This document shows positions 55,275 to 55,411 of a stretch of DNA of 55,411 bases, one piece after another; positions within the stretch are counted from its first letter, which is position 1; the number at the start of each line of letters is the position of its first letter. The stretch spans positions 1 through 55,411 of the forward strand of contig JAFVZV010000015.1 in assembly GCA_017507985.1 (NCBI GenBank), written 5' to 3'. This DNA is from Clostridia bacterium. GTDB taxonomy: Bacteria; Bacillota; Clostridia; Oscillospirales; CAG-272. The notes under the pieces are model-generated. The model ran no database searches, was not told the DNA's origin, and saw nothing but the letters and a program-made list of their open reading frames with translations. A program made the position numbers and the translations under genes.

Positions 55275-55411
55275 ATCAAGGCTGTCCGCGAGAAGGACGG
55301 CAATCGCAAGCGAGAGCTTCGGAAGGAGCGGTGCAAATATTCGAGAGAATATTTGCTGAACTCGCGAAGCGAGTTCGGTCATTGAAAATTGAACAACAAA
55401 GAGAGAAGTAC
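55275..55411 (+). other. probable rRNA-operon leader (16S not reached)
   Basis: No ORF with an RBS. Perfect hairpins gcaaatattc-gaga-gaatatttgc and gaactcgc-gaa-gcgagttc, then cattgaaaattgaacaacaaagagag, which resembles Firmicute pre-16S leaders. Confidence 0.5.

Overview
This is a chromosomal, mostly housekeeping segment of a moderately GC-rich Firmicute. The proteins look Clostridia, Oscillospiraceae/Ruminococcaceae-like, but that taxonomic call is inference only. I call about 55 protein genes, packed into short operons with many near-consensus sigmaA promoters (often TGn-extended -10) and hairpin terminators.

Gene content, left to right:
- rplQ 3' end, then mrp-gpmI-maa.
- A YtrA-type GntR/ABC module, a parvulin PPIase, and udg-dus.
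- An ECF sigma/anti-sigma pair with an atypical wHTH regulator and a lipoprotein.
- A minus-strand block: ymdB, mntP, PAP2 phosphatase, addA, addB, QueG-like Fe-S protein.
- htrA with an OmpR/HK pair and an RlmA-like methyltransferase, then yajC.
- rimM-trmD joined to an O-antigen-ligase-like gene and two DUF4330-like paralogues.
- ptsH, uvrC, rsmD-coaD, a DUF3737-like protein, and a GH32-clan-like hydrolase.
- A second ECF sigma module, blaI-blaR1, mnmA, trmL, secA.
- Two unknown membrane proteins, a 55-aa Asn/Gln micro-protein, and an ECF-S::DUF1893 fusion.
- yfcE-like, TIM-barrel and flavin-reductase genes, then an rRNA-operon-type promoter/leader at the right edge.

I saw no tRNA or rRNA gene body, CRISPR array, transposase, integrase, phage gene or recognisable defence gene. 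I cannot point to a clear new multi-gene system.

The items most worth a second look:
1. A diverged 71-nt copy of the mnmA 3' end, which together with the intact gene end brackets a recombinase-less blaI-blaR1 insertion.
2. A ~290-bp imperfect palindrome upstream of mnmA whose two arms keep the same hairpin architecture with different hairpin sequences.
3. A fully signalled 55-aa ORF that is 80% Asn+Gln, sitting behind a full-match forespore (sigmaG-type) promoter motif.
4. A fusion of an ECF-transporter S component to a DUF1893 domain.

All coordinates were derived by hand from the ORF track and the sequence. Family names given as DUFxxxx or TIGRxxxx are from memory and need a database check.
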